From Felis catus (taxonomy: Eukaryota), in assembly GCF_018350175.1 (NCBI RefSeq), contig NC_058368.1, forward strand, positions 207,392,001 through 207,456,000: a stretch of DNA of 64,000 nucleotides, written 5' to 3'. The notes under the pieces are model-generated. The model ran no database searches. It was not told the origin of the DNA and was given only the letters and a program-made list of their open reading frames with translations. Made by a program: the position numbers and the translations under genes. Below, one piece after another: positions 26,741-41,170 of this stretch. How positions within the stretch are numbered: position 1 is the stretch's first letter; each line of letters opens with the position of its first letter.

Positions 26741-29704
26741 TTTGCTTTTCCCATTAGGGGTGCAGATCCGGGACAGTGTGTGTGTGTGTGTTGGGGGGGG
26801 GAGGGATGGAGTGGAGGGGGGGGGAAGGATGGAGTGGAGGTGGGGGGGAATCTTAGAAATGAGACCGTACTTGGGGAAACGGCGGTTTTGTGGCCTGACA
26901 ACCGAGGAATGCTTCCACGGAATGCATTTACCTTTGGGGTCGGGCTCCAGATGTCCAGCTTGTGACATTTAACAAGCACCTCCTTTTGTGTGTGCTTGTG
27001 TGTGCTTGTTTAAAAGCTCTGTGGGCAACCCTGGTAGGACGCTGGTGTGGCTGCTGACCGCCTAATTAACTCCTCCAAGGGTGTTTATTTTTGCCCTGTG
27101 ACAAAGGCTGGGGACCTGGTTTGTACCCCCGAGAAGCTTTTTCCTGGTGACTGACAACGTTTGGCATGAAAATGTGAACTTTGTCTTACACCCGCGTTCT
27201 TAAGAAAGTATCTGCCCAAGAGACTGAACAAACTTGTTTTAAATCCCTGGAGCGTTTAAAAGGTGTTGGCCTGCTTGCTGTAAACTGGCTGGAAAGATTA
27301 AGTAAGAATTCTAGAAAAGGGGGGAAAAATGAATGGGTTAAAACCATGGAGCCCCAGTCAGCATAGCGGTTTTCATAGCATAGAGCTGACTCTGTTATTT
27401 GTTTCTGCTTCCTTTCCTCTTGACTCAATTCCTAGCCTGGAATTCAGGTCCACAGTCAGTTTCAGCAGGGAGCTGTTTGAGTCCAAAGGGAAATTTAACT
27501 GGATTAAAAGCACTTAAAGAATCTGGATGTTATCTCCACCGCATTCCCCCACCCCACCCCCACCCCACCTTTTCCTCTTTCTTTTTGGTTTGTGTTTGGA
27601 AGGAAGAGAGGCACACTTGTAAAGTGAGAAGAGCAGAAATAAGCTTCCAGACACATGGAAAGACTTAAAAATTATGGAGGGGAGACTTCATGAATAGTAA
27701 ATGTTGTTATTACACTATAAAGTGACCTAATGAAAAAATTTCTGGCTCTAATCAGGCAAAGCAGAGGAGTGGGGGAGAAGGAGGTAAGACAAAAACTAAC
27801 TCAAACAGAAGTAATGGCTGAAGGAAGAAGGCAGCTACAAAAATGCCTTCAAGATGTCTGATAAGGCTCTTGGAATGGCTTTGATGGGATATATAATTGA
27901 TCTTCTTTGCGGGCTGGAGGTCGACACAGGAGCATCTACTGGCTGGTGGGGAGGGAGGAACTAGCTGGGAATGGGGGAGCATCCTAGCTACCAAATGGCT
28001 CCTCTCCACGCTCCATGACATCTCCATGCTTGCTGAGGGCATTGGCAGTCAGGCCACGATTAGGCCGCTTTTCTCTGGGCCTGCTGCCCCGCCCACCCCA
28101 GGTTCTGTCCCTCACTGAAGGGAGACAGGCCTCGATGACATTGTAGGAAAGTTTATGGCCTTGAGAATTCAGAAGTTTTTGGGCTTGAGCTCTCCTTAAC
28201 CTTTGGGGAAGGGCCTTTTTTTTGTTGAAGCACTGCACATGCGGAAATGAACAGTACCACGCTTAATACAACAAGGAGCGTGCAATGTAGACAGTGTCCT
28301 AGAAAAAGCGGGGAGAAGACCTAGTGGCCTTTTCCAACGTGTATTTCTGGGACTGATTACTTCTAAATTCCTAATCAGTTTCCCCCTGAGGCAGACGGGA
28401 TTCTTTTTCCCATTGGTGAATAAGCTAACTTCCCCTTCCCCTTCCCACTCTCATCTCTATCCCTTCTTATCCAAATGACTGCTCTAGAAACCAGTTCTTC
28501 TTAAGCTATACCCTCCCACATTTTATTGGGCGGCTGGGACAAAGTGGTGGTAGTGGAATGTCCTCCAACTTTGAGCCAGGACACAAACGTCATTGCCGTT
28601 CTCGCCATCTTGGACACAATCGGACCTTCCCCTGAGGATGTGAGAGAGGGCAGGGAGCCATGTGTGGCCCTTGTTAAAAGCCTTGTCCAACTTGCTGAGG
28701 AAGAGTCCACATTTCCCCTCAAGACTTTTTACAGATTTTAGATTCAACTAAAAGTCCAAATTCCTATGGATTAGGTTTATTTGGTGCCTTGTTCCACGAG
28801 GTTGAGTGGATCTTTGTCTCCTTGTTTGAGTTGAAGAGAATTGCTCTTAAGACACTTGTTGGCATGAGGTGGTACCGGGACCTCTGGAAGCTTCTGGCCA
28901 GGTGGGCTGGGAGCGATATTTATTGGCCTGCTTGGTCACGCCTCAATTATCTGAAGATTAAGAGAGTAGGAAGATATAGGCCAGCAGGGGGCTTTGTGGA
29001 TACGTGGGCTCTTGGTGGCACAGCAAACATATCCTGCTTTGTTTCTAATTCTACCCTAAGCCTAAGCTTGCTCCCACTGATATTTTTTTACCTGAATGGT
29101 TTTGAAGGTCCATGTGTTTCTCTCCTTCAATCTCTCCTGCCCGGAGGATGTAACTAATGTCAAGGACAAGCGGAGGTGCTGAAATACTGGAGAAGCCTAC
29201 TGAAGACTGAGCTCTCCAGCGTGCTCAGTTGCCCTAATGGTTATCACAGCACACCTCCCTAGGTGGAAAAGCTTGAAAACTCACTGGTTGGGGAGTTTCG
29301 GCTCACAGATCCAACGTATCAGGTTTTCTGTCCTCCAAACGGAATCAGAACGAGAACTACCCTGGCGATCTGAGACACCTGAGTCACAGGATGTGCTCTT
29401 TTAAAATTCTCTCTGGTGCTGTGTGTCATTCTCGACTTGAAGCCGTGCCACTGAGTGGCACGGAAGTAGGCCAGAGTCACCTTGTGGTGAACTAGCTGTA
29501 CCGTTGGTTAGGTGTGGTTGGTGGGAACCTAACTCATGGGAACGGAGCCTGACGGGATTGCATGAATCAGGAGGCAAGCGGGCAGTCAAGTTTCCTCCTC
29601 TACAAGAAGCTGCTACTTTCTGATGAGGAGGGCAAGGCAGGCCGAGTATGGACACTGAGGACTAGAAGTCATGCCAGTTTCTGCCTCCCACCCAGGACAG
29701 TCAG

Positions 29705-29890
29705 GTAGTGGGTTGAGAGCCTGGGTTCTGGGATCCTGCTGCCTTGGTTCAGATCCCAGCCACACCACTGTTGCTTAAGTGACCTTGGGCAAATTGCGTA
29801 ACCTCTCTGTACTTAAGCTTTCTTATCTGGAGAGAATAAGAGTACCTACCCCAAGCTTGTTGGGAGGAGCGTGAGTCTAATATGCTCAGA
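29705..29890. mobile_element. MIR SINE
   Basis: 'ggttcagatcccagccacaccact...gtgaccttgggcaaattgcgtaacctctctgt'. Confidence 0.8.
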
Positions 29891-29894
29891 ATAC

Positions 29895-29920
29895 TTTTTT
29901 TAAATGTTTATTTATTTATT

Positions 29921-29973
<53 letters not shown>

Positions 29974-30139
29974 ATGAGCAGGGAAGGGACAGAAAGAGAG
30001 GGAGACAGAGAATCCCAAGCAGGCTCCATACTGTCAGCACAGTGCCTGACTCAGGGCTTGAACTCATGAGCCATGAGATCATGACCTAAGCCGAAATCAA
30101 GAGTCAGACACTTAACCCACAGAGCCACCCAGATGCCCC
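29895..30139 (-). mobile_element. CAN-SINE with long (GA)n
   Basis: SINEC reverse complement; (TTTA)n follows at about 30179-30230. Confidence 0.93.
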
Positions 30140-30175
30140 TAGGCATAGAATACTTTATTCTGTTTGACTTAGAAA

Positions 30176-30220
<45 letters not shown>

Positions 30221-31434
30221 TGTATTTATTTTGCCCACTGAACCACTGAATTATGTGTCTTTGTGAAAACTGAAGGCAGAGGGGAGAAATGTCTCCATCA
30301 AAATAGGGCGCTGCTCATCAACCTGGAAAACGTGAATCATTCAAGCACTTCATATTAACAAAGCCGTGTGTTTGCTGTGCTCACGCGAGGCTAGAACAGA
30401 CAGGGAGTTACTCCCCGTTCTTTGCCTGGAAGCCTGCAGTTTGGTTTGGTCAAGCTGACCTCCTCTGGTCTCGCTGAAGTCTCCACCCCCTCTCAGCCTC
30501 CCTGCGAAGAAAGAGCAGTTCTTCCCCAAGTCAGCATGAAACTAGAAGGAAGTGGGAAAGGAGGGACCACCCCTACTACACTGAGTGACTAGGCTAGAAA
30601 TACAGTCTTCCAAGTGCGTGCGGCCCCATCCTATCCTTGCCCACATAGCTGGGCAGGTTGCCATGGTTACTCCCCTTCCTGCATCCTTCTCCTAGCCTGG
30701 AAGGAAGCCTGCCACTCCAGGGCAAGCAAAATCTGAACAAATTGCTTCCTGGTCTAAAAATGGAAGTTGCTTTTTTATTGGTAGCCTCCTGTCTACCTAC
30801 CTCACCCTTTTCCTCTTCTAAACTTATTTTAATCTTACCACTTAATTGTCTAAGTCTCACTAATTCTTACGTCATCAAGGTGGCCAAACCTTAAGCTTTA
30901 CGAAATTTCAGGAACATGGGAGCTATTGGCTCAGTATTGAAGAAGCCTGGCAATTTTTCTCTGCTACCATAATTTATACAAGCTAGCTGAGGCAAGTGAC
31001 CTTTAGCTGCCTTACGCCAGCGAGAATTCTGAATGACCTGAGCAAGCGGAGTGGTCGGCTATAAGGAAATTACCAGAAGGCAGAATGAGGAAGCGTGAGG
31101 GCTGTCACTTAGATTTTTAGGAAACCACAAAGTAAGGGAGCAGGTGGCATAGGGACTAAGAATCCTGGCAGAGTGAGATTTAAAACACTATTCAACCTGG
31201 AAGACTTTTGGGTGAGGGATATGTGCTTTAACAGTTTCTCTGAGTAAACAGCTGTCCTATCTCTCTCTAGCAATGTGATGCAAAGAGTCTGTTACTCTGA
31301 AATAGACTTCGGTCTCTGTGTGATAGAGGAAATGCATAAGCTCTCATTTAAAAAATAAAATGCATTCTGTCTTCCAAGATTGGACACTTAGTTGCCTTGG
31401 TGTGTATTTCACAGCTACAGAGAATTCATCTAAG

Positions 31435-31585
31435 ATAGTAGTTCTCAGAGTGTGGTCCCCAGACTGCAACATTGGCATCATCTGGGAACTTGTTAGACAT
31501 GCAAATTCTTGGTCTCCATCCCAAATCCACTGAGCCAAATTCTAGCGGTAGGTTTCATCCAGTGGTATTTCAACCAGCCCTCTGC
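31435..31585. mobile_element. MER5A-like MITE
   Basis: 'agtagttctcagagtgtggtccccagactgcaacattggcatcatctgggaacttgttagacatgcaaattctt'. Confidence 0.8.
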
Positions 31586-33524
31586 GTGAATCTAAGAGTA
31601 ACTTTCACAATTCATTTGTTTTATAATCCAGTTGTTCAAGTGGAAAGCATAACAAAGTATTTGGGTTCCTACAGTCATGGAAATAATAAGCAAAGCACTT
31701 AAACATAGCTCAGTTTAACCGAATCTTAGGATGCAAAAAGATGAAAAAGGACAGACCTTGACATTTTTCCTACTATCTCAATTATTGTTGTCTTGATCCT
31801 AGGAAAACCGATATACTCCTTAGTTTTATATATCACCTCACTTCCAAATCCTTTCTCCACTTTTGGGTTTTTTTAAGGTCATAATTAATCTCCATTTATT
31901 AGGAGACTGTCCCAGTTACTTCTTTTAAAAACGATTCTAGTAAACTAGATCATTACCCTTGAACCAGATGGTTTTCTCTAACCTATAAAACTTTTTATTT
32001 TGTTTTTTATGCAATGCCGAGAGTGCAGATGAAGGCCTCTCCAAATTGGTAAATGAATCTACTGCACTTAGTTTTTATAGAGCTTTATGGTTTATAAAGT
32101 ACCATTCCATTCTCCCATTTAACTTTCACTTCAAATAACTTACCATAGAAAAAATGTCTCCATTTCTTAGCTCAGATCTGATCAGTGCAGATCAACTTGT
32201 CCTAGGTCCTACCATTAAAGGGGAAAGCCAGGATTCAAGCATGATTTGAATCTTGGTGTTTCTTTAGTAAGTACCTATTTTGTTAATTATGTTGCTAGCC
32301 TGACAATGAAAGAACTCCTAGGGAGTGGAAATCTAGAAGAAAGTCTGTACCTCCTGAAGCAAAGGCCGTGGACTCTGGATCTGCATTGCGGTGGCAGCTG
32401 CACCATTTCTTAGGCACGCTGCTCACGTCTCTGACCCTTGGGTGTTGCCTCACCCACCCTGCAAAACAGTCCTAAGAATGCCTGATGTTAATCAGAGAGT
32501 GATGTTGAGCAGAGATCACACCTTAGACTGAAAAATACAAGGGTGTGATCTAAAATTAGAGAATTGGAACCCTGGTTTCGAGAAGGTGGCACATGATTAG
32601 TGGGTAAGAGCTCGGATTATGAACAGCAAATGACTGGGACCACCAGTCGCTTTGCCATTGAAGACAAGAGATACCATGTCTGAGCTTTGTTTTCTCCATC
32701 AGTAGAATAGGTGGCCCCAAAGTTAAAGGTGAACCCATTAAAAAAAAAAAAACTTTCTCAGAGCTGTTGCGTCCGCAGCACCCCTACTCTAGAACCAAAA
32801 TTCTCAGTACAACAACTAAGCTGATATTTGGAAAATGTTCTTGCTTTCATTGTTTGTGAACTTTAAGCAAGCTAAAATCTAGAGACGAATTTCCGCTGAA
32901 AATTAGGAGACCTTCCTTCTTGCACACCTTGAAACTATAAAATGTAAGGGTCAAGCAGGAGAATGTGGCAATGCTTCATAAACCAGTACAGGCACGCAAA
33001 TATTAACTCTTAAGGTACCACTTAAATCTCATCCGGGCAGGACAATTCAGTCCTCCTAAGGTCTAGAGTTCATCCATACTCAGAGAACTGGACAGTGATG
33101 AACAGCTTCACTAAATGTGTCCATATTGGATATAGCTGCCCTCCTTGTTCTAAACATTTCACACAAATGACCTCACTGATTTTTCATATTTTATGTGTCC
33201 TATTAGGGGCCCAAGGCCTGTTTTAATCTTCTAGAATATGTCACACAGATGCTAAAGTGCTTTTTATTACCATTTCTTTATTTATCATATGCTTGAGCAT
33301 TTGTCAGTGGTCTAGGATAGTTGTAGGAAGAATGCTGAGTTATATGAAGAATTGGGCTTCGGGGCGCAATGTTAATCCAGATGGGAAACATATAATTGAC
33401 CTCTAGATCAGAGGGTCAGAGTGGGAATGGTACACATAGTAGTTGCTCAAATGTCTGTTCTTTAAAAGAAAGTCTCAGATGTGCTTTAATTACATTAACA
33501 CTGGGCGGTGGTAGTGGTATTTTT

Positions 33525-33526
<2 letters not shown>

Positions 33527-33560
<34 letters not shown>
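33527..33560. repeat. (GT)n microsatellite
   Basis: Read directly from sequence. Confidence 0.95.
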
Positions 33561-33563
<3 letters not shown>

Positions 33564-34774
33564 AACCTTTGCTTCTAAAGTTAAACATCTTAATTGCAAT
33601 CCTATTTTTTAAGTAGAAGACAAATATGTAACTGATAGAATAGGCTCTTCTATCCACATCTGGTTGATAATGAGATTTCATATCGATTTCTGCTTGGACC
33701 AAGGCTCAGCTATAACTGAAGATTTTGGAAAAACTCATAGACTTGAATTGAAAAGGTCATTTTATTCAGTGTCCAGGCTGCCTTCTGAAGGGTATCCTGA
33801 TGCATGGATGCTTGCTTAACTGCCTGCTAACTTGTTCTTTGGGATTTCTGATTTATCCTGCTCGTCTAAAGTTCTCAGTGACTAAAAGTTGGCTGTAATT
33901 GAAAGTTGGATGATAATATTTACCCGACACCTGCTAGCAGACATATAAGTGCCAACAATTGCTGCCTATAAGAAATTTAGAAAAAAAAAATGGCATCTAC
34001 TCAACTAACCCGTGGTTTTATTATAATTAAGTGACACAGGTAGGGTCCAGAGAAAGAAAAGGCCACCAGTGTGGTAATGGACTTGGCTTTTAAAGGAATG
34101 GTGGAAGTCAGAAGAAAAACGCATCTTTGGCAGAAGCACGTAAGCAAATTGTGCAGGTGTATGTCCAAAGATACATACTGGCCAGTGTGACCAAGAGAAA
34201 GTACAGATGGCAGAAAGAGAAGCGATGGGTTTGGAAAGGAGAGATGGATTGTGCTGAGACTTGGATGTAAGGACAAGAACTTAAATCTGTATTTGTTATG
34301 CAGTAGATCTCTTTGTTAAATCAGGAAAAGAAAATGCTGACTCAGATAAATTAACCTAGCTATATTGGTCGAATGAATTTGAGCAGAGATGGTTTAGCGG
34401 TTAAAGAAAAACCTGTATTTCATGAAAAATCAGCAAAGTAGAGAAAACGTCCGCCAAATCAAATATTAAGGAGCAAACGGAAGTTATGCGTTACCCCTAA
34501 TGTTTTAAGTGCCCTGCTCTTTACCACACTGTGTGGGGCCTCAAAGAGTAGGAGCTGACCTCAAAATTTCATTGAGTTGGAGAAAGAGTTCTACATGAAT
34601 CAGAGGGCAACAATAGGTCATGGCAAGTGTATATATAAAAGCGGTCCGCTGGTGAGAGGTCAGGGAAGACTCCCCTAAGGCAACACACCTTGAGTGGACT
34701 TTGAATGACAGGCAGAAATTCATGCAGGTGAAGGCAGTAAGTATTACAGATGAGGAAGGCAACACAGGAAGGCA

Positions 34775-34777
<3 letters not shown>

Positions 34778-34821
<44 letters not shown>

Positions 34822-34940
34822 TGTGTGTCTGTCTGTCCAGGGCAAATGGAAAAGATTAGCCTCTCTAGGGAACAGGTCTCTGTCTCTGTCTCTCTAAAGA
34901 TACATTGATAGATAGATAGATAGATAGATAGATGATAGAT
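34778..34940. repeat. (GT)n and (GATA)n microsatellites
   Basis: (GT)n at about 34778-34828; (GATA)n at about 34907-34940. Confidence 0.9.
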
Positions 34941-36028
34941 ATACGTGATTAGTACAAAAGCAGGAAGGCCATGAGGTCTGATAAAGTATTACCACAAGAA
35001 TTCAGCCATAAAAGTAGGTCAGTTACAACTAGTGCCTTACAACTTAGATTTTCATGGGACCCTTTTGAGAAGGTGAAGGAAAAATTCATCCTACAAAGAG
35101 TTTCTTTATGTATTCTAAATATATTAAAAAGTACCTATGTTATGTGTACAGAAAATAGCAAAATAACACCGTAATATGAGTTGGCTAATTGTGAGGGACA
35201 AGATACATGATATAAGGAAGTATAGCTCTTTTGGAAACAGGAACTTGGGGGTGGCAATGAGGCAAGATTAGGGAGGAATACTGAAAATAATTTTTTGAAA
35301 TTTTTTGATGGGGAGGGAGGGGGGGTATGGACATAAAGGGTAGTTATAGAAAATAGAGGGCCAAAAGTTTGCCTGATTTGGTAGACATGTGAACAGTCCA
35401 AGATAAATCTTAGCTTTGTACTAAACTACAGACCGTACTGCGAATAGATCTTTTAGGTAAATCCAAGTACCAGATAAATTCTGTAGCTCTGTTTCCAGAG
35501 AGTGTATAGAGATACAAATGTTCAACTTTCTTTATGAAAACCCTTTAAGAGAAACAATGGAGGAAACTGTGTTCTGTTTTAGGATTTGGACCCTTATACT
35601 TTATGCAGCCAACACTTGTTTAAGGGCATACTATTGCAGTGGTTATAAAGTCCAAATTTTTAAAGACTGACATTGACCAGGGGTTATCAGATACTCCCTT
35701 TGTAGTGCTCTTGTAACCAGACTATGCCGCTTAAATAACCAAAGCTATTTTGGGGGGTGGCCCTGGTTATATTTTCATAATACTGCTTCATTAAAATCTG
35801 TAAGTCAGTAGTGTTGCCTGATCTGAAAGTGACACCATTGAACTCAGAAAATCTGATAATTAGGAGTTTGCTTCTAGAATACAGAGGCTCATGCCATCTC
35901 TGAATCGCTTGCTTTTCTGAATGACAAAGCTGAATGCCAAGTGAGCATAGTGTTTCTTTCTGGTGTTTATGAAAATAATGTTGACAGAAATTTGGGTAAC
36001 TTTTTAGGAAACATCGCTGACATTCTTT

Positions 36029-36229
36029 TTTTTAAGTTTACTTATTTATTGAGAGAGAGAGGCTGCATGCACGAGTGGGGGAGGGGCAGAGAGAGAAGGA
36101 GAGAGAACCCCAAGCAGATTCTGCACTGTCAACCCATGACTCAGGGCTTGAACCCATGAACCGTGAGATCATGACCTAAGCTGAAATCAAGAGTCAAATA
36201 CTTAACAGACTGAGCCACCCAGGTGCCCC
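36029..36229 (-). mobile_element. CAN-SINE
   Basis: TSD ctgacattcttt on both sides. Confidence 0.92.
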
Positions 36230-36574
36230 CTGACATTCTTTAATAACCTAGTGTATCACAAGATTCTTTCCTCCCACTGTTTCTGTCACACAGATGCTCT
36301 TCCAGATTGTAATATGGTTATAGGAGACTCTCAAACATTGAATGTAAATATCCTCTATCTAATTAGTGGTTTAAGTAAATGTCATAATTTGAAAACCGTG
36401 TGTCGAAGACGATAATTAAGCCCTTAAGGTGAAATTTGCATCTTTCCATGGTTGATATGAAGAAAGCAGTTTATGTGGGATTCCTTGAAGTAGTATTAAT
36501 TTTGCTCTTACAAAACATTATTAATGGCAGTGAGACTTTCTACCTTCATCAGAAGCATTTCCTCTAAAAAACTT

Positions 36575-36828
36575 ACCACGAGATAGAGAGCAAACTGAGG
36601 ATTGATGGGCAGAAGTGGGGATGAGGGTGACCTAAATGGGTGATGGATATTAAGGAGGGCACTTGTCCTATTGAGCACTCGGTGTTATATGTAAGTGATG
36701 GATCACTGAATTCTACTCCGGAAACCAATATTACGCTGTATGTTGAATAACTAGAATTTAAAGAAAAAATTGAAGAATAAAAATAAATAAATAAGTAAAC
36801 AAATAAATAAAACAAATAAAAAATAAAA
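36575..36828 (+). mobile_element. 5'-truncated carnivore L1 3' end with A-rich tail
   Basis: 'aaatgggtgatggatattaaggagggcacttgt...gagcactcggtgttatatgtaagtgatg' followed by (AAAT)n; aaaaactt flanks both ends. Confidence 0.85.
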
Positions 36829-39034
36829 AACTTGGCACCAGTTGTTTACTAACACTTGCTTGTTCTCTGTATCTATCGTAAGGCCCTTGAGAACAGAGAC
36901 CACATCTGTTTCATCAGAGTCTGTATAGCACAGCACAGCGCTTGGCACCCAGTAGGTGTTCAATAACCAATAACCAGATGGCCAAGTGAATGAATGGCAA
37001 GTTACTCTCACTTGCATTATTGATTGTAAATTATTATAGAGTGAGCAAAATGAGAAATTTCAGCTCGCCTTACCATCTACTGGTATAAGTAAGACAGTTC
37101 TGAGTCTTTTTTTTTTTTTTTTAACTTTAAGGTTATTTATAATGAGCAACATCCATGTATTCCTCTAGCTTATATCTGCTCAGGGCCTGAGAAAGGCAGA
37201 CAAGCTGTTACTGAAATTCTCCAGATGGTATGGTCTTTTCAAGTCCTTGGGTTAACTTCTACCAATGGAGTATTCATCATGGCTCATACATGGATCTTAC
37301 TCGATAGGTATTATCACCTGGCCAATAATTATCGTAGTGGTGAATAGTTTTCAACCTGAAAACTTCTCCCAAGGATGACTTCTTATTCTCCTTCTGTTTC
37401 TTCTTTTTAAAGTGGCTAGGAAACTGTTTCCTAAAAAAAACTAATAAAACTTGAGGAAATAGATGAAACCTTTGGCTCAGTGCTGGATAATTAACGTTAT
37501 CCCTTTGACTTACACAATTTCTGCCAAAAGCAAAAGAAGCCTGGTTTTTTAGTTGGCATATGCTGCTATAATGTAGGTAAAGATGGGATATCCATTAGGC
37601 TCTTTAAACTGCTTAGATTGGGTTGCCAATTAATTACTGTTGCACAGACCCCACTGGGTCCAAGGAAAACCAATCAAAAAATCAACAATAGACCATATAC
37701 TGATCAAGTTTTAAAAATCCCATCATAAAAGAATTTTTTTAAGCCCTAGTGACTATTTGATTCAAACCTTACTGTTCATTTTTTAATACATCAGGAGTGT
37801 TTCTCGATAACTTTATATAACCAAGTATCAATGAATGACGTCTAAGTCAATAATGGCAGGCAAGATTCTATGTTTCAGATGTGCGCATGTTCACTTTGTA
37901 GTTTCTCTTAGCTTTTGAGTTTAATTTCACATGACTTCTAGCAAGCGCTCACGATTCTGTCTCTAGCCCAAGGTAGACTATAGATTTATCTACATTATAA
38001 ATATTGCTGTCTGACAAATTAGCTCATCTCTAAGGAATTTAATTTTAAAAATGCAGTAAGGCACTGTCACCCTGATATCACTATTCTAAATGCATAAGAA
38101 GCAATCTGTCTCTCATTCTACTTGCCCCTTCTTCACCAGCATTTCCTTAGTATTGACCTTTCTAGTCTTCTCAAGTTATGTGGAACGCATATATAAAACG
38201 GGAAAGTGCTGTATATTCTGCTTCATACGAGGAGCTATAATGATGTGACTGTTAGTCAGTAGCTGCCTTTTCTAAAGGATGTTCCTTTAGGTGCTCACAT
38301 TTCAAAGTACCAATTCACTTACGTAAGCTTTTAGCAAACTGGCATTATGGGAATTCTATTTTTAGGATAAAATGGATCTTAGAATGAAGGTTATAAGACA
38401 AAATGGCCTTTGATTCTTTTTTTAAAGCCACCTTTGGGACACTTGGTTCATATGAAGTTTGAGGGTCACTGTGCATGATAGCTTGGCAAGATGGGATAAC
38501 CTTGGATCTGACATTTGAGATTGTTAGACCTTAACCTTTCAATTAAAAGGCTTTGTTTCCAAAAGATTAGCCAAGTATTTAAATGAAAAAAAAAATGGCA
38601 GCATTAAATCACTCAAAATGGCAAGTTCACGCAACTATCATACTACAAAGCTGTGTGACCCTTTGAAGCCATGGCTCCATATTCAGACTCGTCACCTCCC
38701 CAACCTCCACACCATTGCTCAAAACCTCAAAGTCTGTCCAGTACTGTCTAGACAAAATATACTCCTGAAAATTCATTCTAATCCAGTTTGACCCACCTTT
38801 TAACCTTTTTTCCTCCTATCACCCAGCACGGGTCTTGTATTCTAACGAAGCTGACATAAATACCCTTTGCTCACTGCTATCAATTTCTCTTTCCCAAAAA
38901 GTGTTTTCTGGATCGTTCACATTCCTCCAATCTGAAGAACTAGCTTAATTCCTTTTCTTGTATAATTCTAAAACAAAAGAAGTTGAGAGCATACATATTA
39001 GACCTGTGTGGTTTTTAGTAGGTTCATGGACTTT

Positions 39035-39223
39035 TTTTAAGATTTTGTTTTAAATGTCTATTTATTTTTGAGAGAGAAAGAAAGAGAGCGTGCTGGTGGG
39101 GACAGGGCAGAGAGGGCAGATGGAGGGACCCAGAGCAGGCTCTGCATGCTGACAGCAGAGAGCCCCATGCTGGGCTCCAACTCCAGGACCGGTGAGACCA
39201 TGACCTGAGGTACCCAGGTGCCC
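39035..39223 (-). mobile_element. Diverged CAN-SINE with internal deletion
   Basis: Jumps from 'catgacctgag' directly to 'gtacccaggtgccc'. Confidence 0.85.
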
Positions 39224-40956
39224 TGTTGACTTTTGCACTTCACCTTCTCTTCTGTCAAGTAGAGATGATGATCCTTCCCCCATAGCACTAAACGACAGAG
39301 TCTTAGCATCACAGCTGGCGTATAATAAACATCCAATAAACTTAACTTAAAAATATGGCATTATACCTTCTGTGTCTCTAAGAAACCTGTTTAAGCCATC
39401 ACTGATCCTGCACTTTCTATCCACTCTGCTCTCTCTTTTCCAGGACATTTATCACCTTCTGAAAGACTGTAATCCATTTATGTGTTTCCCTGCTAGAAGG
39501 TAAACCCTATAAAGGAATAGATTCTTATTTTGCTCACTGACATATCCCAAACTGCATAAGAGTACCTGGCACATAGTAGGGGCATAGATTTATTACATTA
39601 ATTAGCTTCATTCAGGGGTAAACTTTGTTTTCAGTCTCTAAACTGCAGTGGTTTTGAGCAGAGATTAGTCGCCAAACCCCATATGCTTTGAAAAAAAAAA
39701 AAAAAAGAAGAATTAAAATTTTTAAAGCTGTCGGTATTTGAAAGCTTTTTTATTCCTTTTAAGGTAATTTTTTAATCCTTTTAAGGGCATTTCTTAAATG
39801 GAGGTGCAAACGTAGAATGAAACTTTGGGTAGGAAATCTCGACACTGGAGAGATCAACCCTCAGAAAGAAATTTTAATCACATCCGCTTCTGATAATTAG
39901 CCCTAAGAGTAGAACTTTGCTTATTTTAGTGGGACTAAGAAAACTTAATCCCTTAATGTTGTTTCTCTTACTATATTCTTTGGCAAAACTCATTATCTAT
40001 GTGCTTCTATAGTTCGTTAAGGAGTACATCCTAGTTTAAAAAAAAAACACACATTACAGCTATAAACATTCCTAATTTCAGCTTTTGCCGCACTAGAAGC
40101 CACCTATGGGGTATAGAAGGGCTTGATCATTAGTTTTTTGAGGATTTGTTTTAACCTCCTTGTCTACAATATTGAGTCTTTTTAATAAAGATTGGATTAG
40201 GAACTGAATAGTGGCTTTCAAAGAAGACGTCTTTGCATAGGGCTATAGAGTTCAGCTAAGGAAACGAATGATCTAATTACATTCTGTGATGCTAAAAATG
40301 CCTACATTATAAGACTAGAAATTAGCAGATTCCACAGTGCATCTGTCTAAACTTCAAGGACCAGATCAAGTTACATTTATTTAATGACCGTAATAGGGAC
40401 AATAAAGAGAGGGTACACAGGGAACACCTATCTAATCACCTATATCTATCCCATGTTTTCCGTAAGTATTCAAGTATCAGTTACTTAGCAAGCACAGAAT
40501 TTTCCAGTAGGTCATTACTAGTTCAGGGACTAGACAAGATTGCTCTAAAAGCTATGAAACATGTTGCTTAAATGGTACATTTTTTATGAACCAGGAACAC
40601 TTCCTTTATAGTGAGTCACTGATGCTGACGTTCCTGTGTAAGCTAACCAGAAGCCTTTTTGTAGTTCAATAAAAATATGAATGTATCATAATGGGCCAGG
40701 AGGTCTCAGTGGAAGCTCAGCAAAGTGGCATGTGATAAGCAACAATTGCTACTAGTACGTCTTACGCTAAACTATAGACCCACACGGCACCATCATGTTT
40801 TATCATCTTCCAAAAACCCAGTGGGGATGGTGTGCATTTAAGAGGCCGGGAGAAGAAAGAACTCTCATTCCATCCGCTTATTCTGGGAAAGGCTCCTGTG
40901 GTAAGTCAGATTTTGTTTTGTCTTATTTTTTTTTTTTACCAACTTCTTGTTTTAAA

Positions 40957-41170
40957 TTTTTTTTTTCAACGTTTATTTATTTTTTGGGACAGAGAGAGAC
41001 AGAGCATGAACGGGGGAGGGGCAGAGAGAGAGGGAGACACAGAATCAGAAACAGGCTCCAGGCTCTGAGCCATCAGCCCAGAGCCCGACGCGGGGCTCGA
41101 ACTCACGGACCGCGAGATCGTGACCTGGCTGAAGTCGGACGCTTAACCGACTGCGCCACCCAGGCGCCCC
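40957..41170 (-). mobile_element. Very young CAN-SINE (SINEC_Fc)
   Basis: CpGs retained; perfect 18-bp TSD ccaacttcttgttttaaa at 40939-40956 and 41171-41188. Confidence 0.97.

Noticed and set aside
26148..26979. Several overlapping 70-148 aa ORFs on both strands at the CpG island
   Set aside because: Expected from stop-codon scarcity in GC-rich DNA; low-complexity G/P/R/A products with no recognisable domain.
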